A stretch of DNA of 63,921 bases, the filler included, from Rhabdomonas costata (lineage: Eukaryota), in the NCBI GenBank assembly GCA_019059605.1. It is 52 parts of 52 records of this genome, joined end to end, with 100 filler letters (N's around TTAATTAATTAA, not from the genome) between each part and the next. Parts side by side here need not be neighbours in the genome. Positions count along the whole stretch, not along the records: positions 1 to 1,132 come from JAHMHO010027018.1; positions 1,233 to 2,357 come from JAHMHO010027019.1; positions 2,458 to 3,588 come from JAHMHO010027020.1; positions 3,689 to 4,820 come from JAHMHO010027021.1; positions 4,921 to 6,051 come from JAHMHO010027022.1; positions 6,152 to 7,283 come from JAHMHO010027023.1; positions 7,384 to 8,515 come from JAHMHO010027024.1; positions 8,616 to 9,747 come from JAHMHO010027025.1; 44 more parts are not named here. One strand, 5' to 3'. Below, piece after piece: positions 1-11,320 of this stretch. Position numbers and translations under genes: made by a program. The first letter of the stretch is position 1. Each line of letters starts with the position of its first letter. Below the pieces are notes generated by a model. That model had not been told where the DNA came from. It saw only the letters and a program-made list of their open reading frames with translations, and made no database searches.

Positions 1-93
1 TGTTGTTTTTTTGCCGCCGCCAGCTCTACCCCCTACGCTTTCCTTTCCTCCACTCCCGCATCACTTTTTTCTGCACTCCAACTCCTGCGCGTC

Positions 94-239
94 ATGGCGA
101 GCACCCAGCCCTCCCCCATTGTCCGCACCCTGTACCGCTCTCTGCTCCGCGCCGCCCAGCGCTTTGACAGCAACCCCGGCCTGCGGGCCTTGGTCGCGCC
201 TGACGAGTTCGCCGCCGCTGGGCTCCGTGGCCTGTACAG
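94..239 (+). CDS. First exon of a LYR-motif-like protein (partial)
   Basis: ATG after a pyrimidine-rich tract; MASTQPSPIVRTLYRSLLRAAQRFD has an LYRxLLR motif; GC3-rich until the GT at 240. Confidence 0.5.
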
Positions 240-1132
240 GTCTTTGTTTATTAGTTTTGGGTTGCTTGCCTTATGTCTACGCAACTCTTTGCTCTGGATG
301 GGAACGGGGCTCGCAACACACGTGGCATCCGTGTCAAACGGCCGTTTTGTTCCCATTCCTGAACCCTGAACCCTGTGCTTTTGACACGTGCATCGTGTGC
401 ATCGTAGGTTTCCAGTTCTGCAAACACTGTCCTGCATATTTGTAGCTTGTACCAAAGGTATTAAACGAGGGTATTGCTCCTTCCCCCCCCCTCCAAAAAA
501 AAAAGGAAGGGGAGCTACAAAAGGTGGACGTTTGTTGGACAGCTGATGTGAAGACACTGCAGGCTTGTACGCAAGGAAAAAACACAAGAAGAACAACACA
601 TTAGCAACACAAGCGCGGTGTGTGGAATGCGGTAAGACACATATGATGCGGGGCGACAAGTTCATGAAACGTGCTGATGCGATGTGTGCCGTGTGTACAA
701 ACGAAACCCGGAACAGCCACCAGCAGTGAAGAACGCAACATGCGTCGGTTCCGCGCACATTTCACACCGATGGAAAACTCCCGTCCTGGGGCGCGCACCC
801 CAAAGGTGCTGTCGTCCCAAGCGAGCCGAATCCGAGCAAAGCACCCAAAAGGGGAGGGGTGCTCTGAAGTACACACAGAAGGCTATATATGCTGCCTGAG
901 CAGCGCGACTCAACCGGAGAAGAGAAGGGTAGCGCGTTGCGTTGTGCGCAGAGTATGCACTCATGGCATGTGTGAGAGGGAGCAGTGAATGAGGCGACGC
1001 AAAGGCCTAACGGCAGCGTGACAATGCATAAACCATAGGTGCGCAAAGAACCGCGAAAAGCACGGCGTGCTGCTCACACACGCATACGCAAAGGGTCGTT
1101 TCAGCGAGAGAAGGCTCCAGCCCCCCCTCCCA

Positions 1133-1232
1133 NNNNNNNNNNNNNNNNNNNNNNNNNNNNNNNNNNNNNNNNNNNNTTAATTAATTAANNNNNNNNNNNN
1201 NNNNNNNNNNNNNNNNNNNNNNNNNNNNNNNN
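1133..1232. other. Artificial contig-joining spacer (44 N + TTAATTAATTAA six-frame stop + 44 N); recurs about every 1.23 kb through the window
   Basis: Identical 100-nt block separates 52 contigs of near-identical length. ORF-track tails such as XXXXLIN are artefacts of it. Confidence 0.99.
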
Positions 1233-2460
1233 TTTTTTGGGCGTCGACGAACTTCTTGTCCATGATGTCTTGGGCGCAGCAGAGCTGCCCAAGATCCGAG
1301 GTGCTGACGTCATATACGATAGAAATTAATAGCTTCAACGGGAGTCTAATAGAAGCTTTAGGAGGGGGAGAAACAAATTTAAATCAGAGTGTCGGGTTTA
1401 CCTTCCCTCCCCATCTTCGCCCTGTTCCCTTCTTGTTCTTGGGTCTTTGGGTCTTTGGGAGCGGTACTGGGATTCAGTGCCTGCACCTCCCAAAAATTTT
1501 CATTCGGTTGTCTCTGTTGTCAACAGAAATATTTTGAAATAGGAACCTAAAATAAGAGGTAACGCGGGCCAGCTTGTTGCTGGCAATTGCCCAACGAGGA
1601 AGAGGTCAGGCTTTGGAAGCTCGACCAATTTGGCCTCGCAATTATTTTCCCGCAAAAAAGGGAATCATGGCCACTGCTTTTCACCCTAAGGAAACAGACC
1701 TTGAGCAATCAGGTCATCAAACGCTGCTGTGATAGGTTGGCGTGCCCAGAGAACACTGTCCCAGTCGCCCAAACCAAAAGCTTTTATACAAAGGCTTGGA
1801 GGCGGGTGGAAGGTTCGCCATTACACTACAGTGCGAAGGGCAGGGGCACAGTCACAAAAACCACTGCTCCTTGAGGTTGTCATCCTCCCCCTCCCCACCA
1901 ACGGATGAATCCACCTGCACTAACCCTCAGTTTTTGAGTTGAATTCTCGCTTTCCAAAACGAAAAGCAACAAATTACTTCGGTGCAACGGAAGTTGGGAG
2001 GAGGGGAGTGGAAACGGTTACCAGTGGTAACAATTTTTACTGTGGGAGCATAGTTGTTAAGGGGCCCCCAGGTCACGTCTGCGCCCGAGCCGCCCGCTCC
2101 GGCCGCGGCGAGGACTGGCCCTCGTCCCTAAACTAATGCTGTGCTGCTACCCAAATCTCAGCCATTGGCGAGCCCTTAGCCAGCTACAGCAACTTACAAA
2201 GCTCGATTCAAAAAAGCTCTATCACACAGCTTTCTCTTGCTCCGTCATAGCAAAGTCTCCCATTGCCCACCCTCATACGAGTTTTACCCCTAAGTAATTT
2301 TTTCTGGCATCCCCATACCAACGAATATGAGCCCACAACCCCCAAACACACCAACACNNNNNNNNNNNNNNNNNNNNNNNNNNNNNNNNNNNNNNNNNNN
2401 NTTAATTAATTAANNNNNNNNNNNNNNNNNNNNNNNNNNNNNNNNNNNNNNNNNNNNGGG

Positions 2461-3560
2461 TGGTGTGATGGTTCCAATGCTTGTCCCGATGACGTGAAGG
2501 TGAAGGCCGAGACGGTCTGCCGACTCTCTTCCGGAGACTGGTATTGACCCCCTCCCCTCTTCTTTCCTGCCAAAGGACCCTGCCCTTGGGTGTGAGATGA
2601 GAGGAAAGCCCGCGCTCCCATTCTACGAGAATCCATCTCTCGTGCGATAGAAGGTAGACAGCGGTTGCGGGGAGCTGCGACTGCGGTTGCGAGGGAGTTC
2701 CGTGCTGCAGCTGGTGGTGGTCGCTGCCCCGCCCCGCTGGCCCGCGGCAGGGCAGCGGGGCCATTCGTATTCGTTGAGCGCGGTCGCAAAGGATTCTGCG
2801 CTGACAAGCATGGAGTCACGGGGTCGCTCCCCAATTCGCGCCTCTTCCGTTTGTGTGTGTGTGTGTGTCCTCAAGTTCCGAACTGCTTGTTGCCGTTCTG
2901 AGTGGTATACCAATAACTCCCGGCCGGCCTAGGGACCTTCTGCACCAACCACGCTTTTTTTGTGTCGGAGTTGACCGTTCTGTTTTTGCACAGCGACCGT
3001 ACTGAAGTGTGCGATGGCAATTCCCCGGAGTGCCCCTTGGATGCCCGCGTTGCGTCGGGGACGGAGTGCCGCGCCGTGGCCGGGTTGTGCGACATTGCTG
3101 AGGTCGGCCGGAACTGCTTTTTTGGCGGTGGGGTGGAGGGGGGGTATCACGTTTGCCTTTTTTTTTTTGCAGTTTGATGGGTTTTTGCTGTGCATGTTAC
3201 TATGTTACCCTTTTCTTTCCGTTGTATCAGTCCTCCAATCCCTTGCTGCATCATTTTTCACGACGTGTTTTTGCTTCAATGGATGCATGTGAGTTATTTT
3301 TGCCTTTCTCCCGAACAAGTGAACACTCTATCATATCACATACTACGTTACTACGTTCTTACCTCAGATTGGTTTTTGCTTTTTTTTGTTCACTTTAAGC
3401 GCAGACTGTGTCTTGACCTCAAACTTTTATGTATTTGTGCACAAGCGTGTCTTTCTCTCTCATTGGTAGGCCTGCGACGGCTTCAGTCCACTGTGCCCTG
3501 CTGACGCCAAGCTGAACACCAGCCACTGCTGCCGCACGTCGGCTGGGCTGTGCGACCCAG
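2461..3560 (+). CDS. Tandem disintegrin-like cysteine-repeat protein, 3 exons (~2461-2540, 2994-3102, 3470-3560; partial)
   Basis: GT-AG splicing gives in-frame WCDGSNACPDDVKVKAETVCRLSSGDC-DRTEVCDGNSPECPLDARVASGTECRAVAGLCDIAE-ACDGFSPLCPADAKLNTSHCCRTSAGLCDP, i.e. repeated CR....CD..E.CDG....CP.D units. Confidence 0.85.
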
Positions 3561-3717
3561 GTCTCCCTTCAGCTGCCCCCCACACAACNNNNNNNNNNNN
3601 NNNNNNNNNNNNNNNNNNNNNNNNNNNNNNNNTTAATTAATTAANNNNNNNNNNNNNNNNNNNNNNNNNNNNNNNNNNNNNNNNNNNNTGTGTGGTGGGG
3701 AGGGGGAAGGGCGGGAC

Positions 3718-4693
3718 CTCAGACACGATCACGTCGCAGTCGATGCTGCGGTTAATCTTGGGGTTGCCTTTGATCCCCACCAGGCAGTGCTCCTTGGAGT
3801 GGTTCAGCCAGTGCCCCGTGCGGCCCGTCCGGATGATACTATAAAGCAGAAGCAGCAGCAGTAGCAGGAAGTGCAAAAGCCAACCCCCTTGCCTTGCGGA
3901 GGAATACCATTGCCATGGGTACGTACCTACTTCAGCCCAGCCCAGCCCCTGAAACCGCTAGAAACACAACACAGATGGGAGCACCCATGCCATGCGAGGG
4001 CGGTTCAATGTTTTGTAACGGAAATGCAGCCTTTTGATAATTTGAAAAGCGAGCAACTGGGTATTTAGGGGTTGGCTTGGACTGGGTTGTTCGGAAGTAT
4101 GTGGGGTCAAACGAAAATTCTCGCGGCAACCAGCTTGGGCTGCCAATTGTGAGTACTGTGTCTGGGAACGAGGGAAGTGCGGCTGAGAGAGCAGGTATAT
4201 TCACACCATCCTCTCCTTTATCGTTCACGGGGATTTCCAGCACCTCCTATCTGGTCACCTATGCCGGCCTTGGGCCCTGCACTAATCGTCAGAAGCCACC
4301 CCGAATGACTTCCTCTCTCTGTGTTTGTGATGTCTGCGTGAGGTCGGCACCGCTGCAGTTGGTTGATCTTGACCCACACGAGCTCCTCCATGAACCGGAA
4401 CCCCCAGATCTCCAGGCACTCCCGGCCAAGCTCCATGGCGCGGCCGGTGACCCACATGAAGATCAACCCGTCGTCGCAGAGGTCGCCGATCCGCATCTTC
4501 CGCATCTCGTCGTCCCTCATCGTGCCGTAGGGCAGCTCCATGTGGATGTCCCACGGGGGGTCCGCCAGGATCACCCCGAACTTCCCCAGCACAGTGAGGT
4601 CAAAGACTCGGACGTCGCACTGGATCCACTGCGCCTGCAGCCACGGACCCACCCGCATCCCGCAGGACAGCGGCTTCAGCTTTCCCCCGGGTC
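3718..4693 (-). CDS. METTL3: mRNA m6A methyltransferase catalytic subunit, MT-A70 family (METTL3/IME4-like); 2 exons 4693-4351 and 3838-3718; partial
   Basis: [92 protein letters not shown]. Catalytic DPPW intact; GT-AG junction keeps the frame. Confidence 0.95.
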
Positions 4694-6492
4694 CTGTAAA
4701 AAGGGCGTACCGCGAAAATTCGCTACCAACTCACAACCTGACCCTCAAGACCTGGCCCTCCAGCACCCCCTTGCTTTCCTTCATGCAGCACCAGAGCACA
4801 CGTCAGATCAAAAACCCCCCNNNNNNNNNNNNNNNNNNNNNNNNNNNNNNNNNNNNNNNNNNNNTTAATTAATTAANNNNNNNNNNNNNNNNNNNNNNNN
4901 NNNNNNNNNNNNNNNNNNNNTTTTTGTGTGTGGGGTGAGGTGGGTTCGAGCTGAGGAGGACAGAAATTCAACAGCAATGAAGGTGAGGACACCTTGAAGG
5001 TGGTGAACGACCCTGTTTTGGTATGAAGAGTTAATGAATGATGAATGATGTACTAGGAGGCTCAGCTGTGATGCTGCATTGAGTCGCCAAAGCATCAAGC
5101 CATGAACGGAACGAAGCACATCGCTTAACTAACAACAGGGATTCGCACTGCCTCGTATACGCGTTTTTTTTTTTGCGAATTTTCGGGATTTTCATGAATT
5201 TTTACGAGTCAAAATGGAGAAGCACAAATTGCATGAATGCTTGTGTCTTTGTTAAAACAAAAACGCCCCATCTGTGAACGCAAGGTCCAGCATAGGGCAA
5301 GCTGCGAGAAAACACAAGTCTTTGATAAAAGGGATGAAATGCGAATTTTTACGAAGGCAGGCTACCTCTTTTTTTCCTCAGCTTCGCTAAAGAAGCAGGC
5401 TGCTCAAAGGATGTCCGTGATGTCCAGCTTCATGCCCAAGGAGCACTCCCAGGCGGGCTCCTATAGCGTCCGCTCTTCACAACGTGCTGCGCGCTCTCCA
5501 CACAACGCCTAGTCAGCTGCTGTTTCAAAAAGCTCCAAAATGGCCCCTGCAAACACACCCTATCCCCCACTTTTCCCCGTTTCCTACGCTCCCCCACTTT
5601 TCTTTTTTCAGTTTTACGTTGTGGGGTGCACCACCGCATCCATTGCCAATCGCACAAAAGACAAAGACAAAGATCGCGGAGAATCTGTGTGAGTCTGTGT
5701 TCGTACAAATTGAGAGTAGATGGGTGGCTTGCGTTGAACCTCCTGCTATCCCAACCGACCATCCACGTGAGAGACCTGTCATCCACGTGAGAGGTATGTC
5801 CTGTTTTTTGGGGGACAGTATGTGTCAATTTTCTTTCTTTTTCCTCGCGAACCTTCCGCAAGCAGTAGCCTTCAATTCTCTCTGTCCTTTTCGTCGTTCA
5901 CGCATGTGTTTGTATCTTTGTATCCGCTCACTTGCTGGCTCACATATTGCTCCCATCACCTCTACCTGAAACACCGGAGCACTGTGAGGCAGGAGGTTGA
6001 CCAAAGGCAATGCCCTAGTATACGTCCCTTTTATGTTTTCTCCCACACACANNNNNNNNNNNNNNNNNNNNNNNNNNNNNNNNNNNNNNNNNNNNTTAAT
6101 TAATTAANNNNNNNNNNNNNNNNNNNNNNNNNNNNNNNNNNNNNNNNNNNNGGTTGGGGGGGGGTGCGTGTGCGTTGGGCGTATTGCGCTCTGGCTATTG
6201 CCTGCTTGACTGGTTGCTTGGTTGTTGATGACCACTGTGGACTTACGAGCACACGCGCTGTTGGCCACGGGTGCTCGCGAGAGGTGCCGTTGGAGCGAAC
6301 GGTGCCGTGGCGAACCGGAACCGGCTCATTGCAGTAGTGTGCGTCTATGATTGTGTGCATAAGTGAGAGCGTGCGCTCTGTGACAATCCAGCATAAGACA
6401 ACGAAACAGAATAGAACAAGAAGAAGGAGAGCCATTCCCGCACCATTCCTTAACCAGAAAAAAGATATGCCACGAAGAAATACAAACAGCAC

Positions 6493-6583
6493 CGTCTGAG
6501 AAATGGCAGTTGATGTACTCCACAGGGTCAAAATTGGGATCTTCGAAGGCGTCAGGGTTGGGGAGAGTTGTAAGGGTGGACAT
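6493..6583 (-). CDS. VPS53: First exon of a Vps53-like GARP subunit (partial)
   Basis: MSTLTTLPNPDAFEDPNFDPVEYINCHFSD resembles the Vps53 N-terminal D..DF..V.YIN..F motif; GT donor follows. Confidence 0.55.
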
Positions 6584-7409
6584 TCTTGGAGAGTTTACGC
6601 AGCGGTCTCGAGAGAGGAAACGTTCCTCTCAACCATCCGGCGCTGAGTCTACCCCAGTGCAGCAAAAGCTACGTGCCAGCGGGAAGATCAAAAGCTCGAA
6701 TGTGAAAAATAATCCGCCCGGGTTGCGGGCTTGTGAAGCTGCAAAAAGGTTGGCACATCCATGGCACCGCAAAAACCCCCGCCAAGCGTTCCAACGGTCA
6801 GGGAGAATACGAGCGATGGGCATCAAAACTTGCCGAAACGGGTGGTTGTGATTCCACTTTTTTATTTTGCATCTTTCATGGTGGTGCTGTCAGATGAAGT
6901 TCTCAGCCGAAGTTCTCAAACCCACAGCTCTGCCCACGTTTTGTGGACAGAAGGAAAAAAGCAACGTCAGCTTATGTTCAATACAAACTCTTTATGGACA
7001 ATGTCAAGAGGATCAGGCGGAGAAACAGAAACGACAGCCACATGCACGTTCCCGAGATACCGAGCATCAACTGGGCAGATCTCTTTGACGAGGTTTCGCA
7101 CTGAAAAGGTGTAGGCAACAGACGCACATATTGGCGGTATGCTGTACTTCACTTCCACCTTCTCTCGCATGACGCAATCCACATAAATAGCAGTTTGCAC
7201 AACAGTTGAAGCACATCTCACTCACGAACACTCCCTCTCGCCAGTGTGCTGGCAGTGGCCAATGGCTGCCCACACCCCACCACNNNNNNNNNNNNNNNNN
7301 NNNNNNNNNNNNNNNNNNNNNNNNNNNTTAATTAATTAANNNNNNNNNNNNNNNNNNNNNNNNNNNNNNNNNNNNNNNNNNNNGTGGTTTTTTTGGCATC
7401 TGCTGTCAG

Positions 7410-8401
7410 GCTCTCTCGTGCCGGTCCCCACAACCACCGTGATCTATCCCCTGATGCTGTCCGTGGGGGCGTGCCCCTCGTTCACCGGGGTCAACATCCT
7501 CGCGACGGCCAACTGCCCCACCTGTATGCGCTGTGCGTTTGTGCAGGAGCGCTGTGATTGCTTTCACCTTGTTTCGCTGCTCCTTTGCGTTGGTGCGGTG
7601 TCGCAGATACGTACGCTTCCGTTGTGGGCAACTACGTCTGCGCGGTGGGCTCCACCGGCGTCACCATCAACGGCTCCCCGTATTGCAACCTGTTCCTTTC
7701 CATCATCGGCGCCCTGTCCCAGAGCAGCCAGCAGGCAACCATTCAGTTTAACAAGGTGTGCCAACACTGCCCTCATCAAAAAGAGGGATCTTCGCGTTTT
7801 CTTTCTGCTGCTTCCAAACGGCAAAATACGGATGACTTGCACCCACACAAAAGCGCAGCTCACTCTTGGTAAGTAAAACAAAACCCAACCAGGATGTAAC
7901 CGGTGTTTTCTTCCGCAGGACTGCTCCGCCTACACCCCGGCCATGTTCAAGGCGGCAATCTACCAAGCCACTGGGATCCCCGCCGATGTATGCAGCACAC
8001 TCCCTGCCCCCCATGTTTTGTCCTCGTTACTCTTATACTGCGTGCAAAACCCAACTTCCACTTCCTGGTGCTTCACCAAAAGGAAAGAGACCATCATCCC
8101 TGTGCCGTCTGCCAGCAAACAGTTCTTTTTCTGATGTGACATCTCAGGCTATCAGCATCATTTCCTGGTCCTGCGGTTCCATCACGGTGACCTTCACCGT
8201 GCTGGGAAGCAACGCCGCCCTGATTGCCGCCGCGCTGCAGTCTATCATCGCATCCGCCCAACCTGGTGGTACCCTGTTCATCCTGCTCGGAGGTGTCACC
8301 TACGTTGGGTTTGGCCCGATGCCCACAACGTACTATCCGCTGCCCTACTGCTACTACAACGGCCAGAGCTACTGCGGCACCACCTCCATCCGCCCCGTGT
8401 C
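7410..8401 (+). CDS. Extracellular/surface protein with SEA-like GSxxV motif, 4 exons (7410-7523, 7607-7755, 7919-7987, 8148-8401; partial)
   Basis: Phase-compatible GT-AG exons give ..FKAAIYQATGIPAD/AISIISWSCGSITVTFTV.., similar to SEA-type GSVVV modules; Cys/Thr/Tyr-rich. Confidence 0.6.
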
Positions 8402-8755
8402 GTATGGCTGCACTCAATCCCTCCCTCGCTCGCTGTTTCCCACTCACACGCAGCTTTCTTTTTTTTCACGCAAAACGCATACCCTTCCAACACCACCACC
8501 AAACACACCCACCACNNNNNNNNNNNNNNNNNNNNNNNNNNNNNNNNNNNNNNNNNNNNTTAATTAATTAANNNNNNNNNNNNNNNNNNNNNNNNNNNNN
8601 NNNNNNNNNNNNNNNAGTGCTCCATATCTTTCGTTTGCGAATAGGGGGGCAGCGTGCTTTAATCGCTGGTGGCTCGTGCATGCGTGGGACAAGGCGGAGG
8701 GTGTGAGTGCGTGACAGCCTGCAATCCTTTTGTTTAGAGAACCACATATATGAGG

Positions 8756-9037
8756 TAAGTTACACTCGGAAACTCAGAAAATGGTATCTGCCGGTTTGGT
8801 GATGAACTAGGACAGTTTTCTTGACGGGGAACCTAAAAGGCAGTTATATATGGGATGCACCAAAGAGATTACTGAGCCGAAGGCACGATTTTTTTGGGGG
8901 TGATTCCGTGATTGTATTGATCTTTTGAAGCGAATTGTCACTTCTTGTAACTGGCTGTCTGTTGGGAAGGTAGGTAAAGGTAGGGTTTAAACATAGCCAT
9001 GTGGTATGCTGCAGTTCAGAGTTCAAGGTGTAACGTA
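8756..9037. mobile_element. Putative ~280-bp Tc1/mariner-like MITE
   Basis: TA-bounded imperfect TIRs (taagttacactcggaaactcagaa ... ttcagagttcaaggtgtaacgta). The left end recurs at 53127-53156 with 28/30 identity. Confidence 0.5.
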
Positions 9038-9338
9038 CTTAAGAATGCTCAGTATGAAATGGCCCAAAAATATTCGGGGGTCAGCGGAAGTGATCATGGG
9101 CTCTACCTGGAAGGTGGATTAGGCCCATAGGGTAAGAGAAGGCGATACTTTCCCACTCCTTGATCTCCATTAGCGAGCACTGCAGTTGGGTACTGTCGCA
9201 CCTTGAAACCAAGTGATCCGGGGAGGAGGAAGATGAAGGTATGTGGAGCGTGGGAGGTGGGGACTCGACAGAATGCGGCCAACAAAGCAAAACAAAAAAA
9301 ATAAGAGTGTCCGTGGTTGGGGAGGCGCGAACACGTAC

Positions 9339-9695
9339 GTCGGAGAGCGACTGCACGCTCGAGTGTACGGTTCCGCCGGCGATCCAGATTCGGCCCTGGA
9401 ACGTCGTGATTCCCATTCCGCACCGCGGCGTAAACGGCGCTCGCTCAACCACTTTGCTCCAAGTGCCCCGCAAGGGGTCGGAGCTCCGCCATACGTCGTT
9501 GAGCGTGGTGAACGCCCCGCACCCGCCCACCAGCCAGAGCTCGCCCCGGAAGGGCACCAGCCCAATACTCTCCCTGGGGGAGAAGCCGCCATCCCGGCCA
9601 GGGTTCCATTTCTGCCCATCGGAGGTGACCCAAACGCTGCGGATGGGGAACCACATCTTGTTACTGCGGTGGGCCAGACCCGCGGCAATCACGAC
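9339..9695 (-). CDS. Kelch-like beta-propeller repeat exon (partial)
   Basis: VWVTSDGQKW..FSPRESIGLVPFRGELWLVGG..NDVWRSSD..APFTPRCGMGITTFQGRIWIAGG; bounded by AG and GT. Confidence 0.8.
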
Positions 9696-9856
9696 CTGGC
9701 GTTTCATTTCGGTATGCCAACAGAAGAAAAACGAATCCCAACACCACNNNNNNNNNNNNNNNNNNNNNNNNNNNNNNNNNNNNNNNNNNNNTTAATTAAT
9801 TAANNNNNNNNNNNNNNNNNNNNNNNNNNNNNNNNNNNNNNNNNNNNTGGTGGGTG

Positions 9857-10957
9857 GGAGCCCAGATCCTTGCCGACGCGGTCGGGGGTCGAGTCTGGAA
9901 CACTCACGCCCCCGAGTGCGGCTTCTTCCCTCTCAGCCTGACTGAAGTGTGTTCTGTTTCTCCTTTGCTTCTTCTTTTTCTTCCTTTACGGGTGGACGGC
10001 ACATTAAAATAAAGCCGTAAACACAGAACCTGGATGTTATCGGTCAAACCAACACAGCCCATTCCAAAATAACCACCGGAAGTCACCGCGAACTCGTTAT
10101 TCGTTATTTACCGTTCTCTTTCTTTTGGGGTGTTCCCAGCTATAATCAAGGGCTGAGCAGGGTTGTGTGGTGCGCATCATCACCATATGCGCATCTCAGT
10201 GCGTTTGTGCGCAATGCAGAGTCTCGTTTTTGCCCGTGTCGGCCTTTCCCAGTTTAGTTGTGGTCGTTTTTGTGTTGGGCTGTATTGGGTTGGGTTCAGT
10301 TTTTCTTAAACGTGTACATTGAAGGGGTGTCCTTGCCACTTCCCTTTTTCTACGTCAGTTACTGCTTCCAAGAATCCCCTCACGTGCTTTGCGGGACGTC
10401 GGTAAACTACAAGAAAGAATGGTTGGTGAGAACAGAAGGATCCAGGCATTTTCTTCATCGTTTACTTGATAGGCGTTGCACAACGCAAGGAGAAGAGAGA
10501 GCGTCATGCGCAGACGTTTTCTTTCCCCGGTCCGCGCACGAGAACCACGAAAGGAATTTTCATCTTGTTCCCGCCTCCCGCACTGAATCGAATCGTGCTG
10601 TACTAACGTCCGCCGCCTCAATGCCTTTACTATCTGACCAACATGGCAACATGGCTCTCGCTCGCATTCACGATTGCATCATGGCTCCGGCATCGCCGGA
10701 AGGCGTTTGTCAACGCAGGCTAACCTAAGCTATTTGGATGACACATTGACTGGGAATCTTCTGCTTTCTAGAGTGGAAAGGCCGACCCCCTGGCAACCTT
10801 CATAGTCAACAGTGAGCTGGACCCCCACGTCGCCTACTTTCACCAGGACACCTTTGAGCTTCCGATGGGTGGCGGGGACGGGCGCCCCGATGTGCAGCTG
10901 CTGGCCTCCACCCCGAACTACTCTGCACTGTTTCGAGTGGGCCGGACGTCCCTCCAA
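9857..10957 (+). CDS. Class I glutamine amidotransferase-like protein, 2 exons (~9857-9946, 10772-~10957; partial)
   Basis: GAQILADAVGGRVWNTHAPECGFFPLSLTE/SGKADPL..YFHQDTFELP..LLASTPNYSALFRVG matches the GATase1 pattern downstream of the nucleophile Cys; phase-0 GT-AG intron. Not in the ORF track. Confidence 0.8.
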
Positions 10958-11104
10958 GTGTTCGAGCTGACCACCACACNNNNNNNNNNNNNNNNNNNNN
11001 NNNNNNNNNNNNNNNNNNNNNNNTTAATTAATTAANNNNNNNNNNNNNNNNNNNNNNNNNNNNNNNNNNNNNNNNNNNNGGTTGGGTTGTGTGGGAAGGC
11101 GAGC

Positions 11105-11320
11105 GCCGAAGAGAAAGAAGAAAGTGCAGAGCGCAGGTGTCGAGGACGACCTGGATTGAGGAAGCCGCTGTTGACGAGCAAGCCAGCTGGTGCGGAAGAG
11201 TTTGATGAGTGGCGGCGGGACTTGTCGAGAAGAAGTGCCCGATGGGCCATGGGAGCAGTCACGGAGGGCATGGCAGGGCAGCGGAACGAGGAGAAGCAGA
11301 GCGAGTGCGGGTTGAGGCGT
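11105..11320 (+). repeat. Dispersed repeat, copy 1 (copy 2 at ~20540-20745)
   Basis: Shared gaagaaagtgcagagcgcaggtgtcgaggacgacctgg..gaggaagccgctgttga..gagcaagc..gcagggcagcggaac..cgagtgcgggttgaggc. Confidence 0.85.

Noticed and set aside
11-1046. Many overlapping ORFs of 60-240 aa here and throughout the ORF track
   Set aside because: Shadow frames of GC-rich exons, introns or simple repeats with alternative starts; no recognisable domains.
4077-4868. 263-aa plus-strand ORF
   Set aside because: Antisense shadow of the METTL3 exon.
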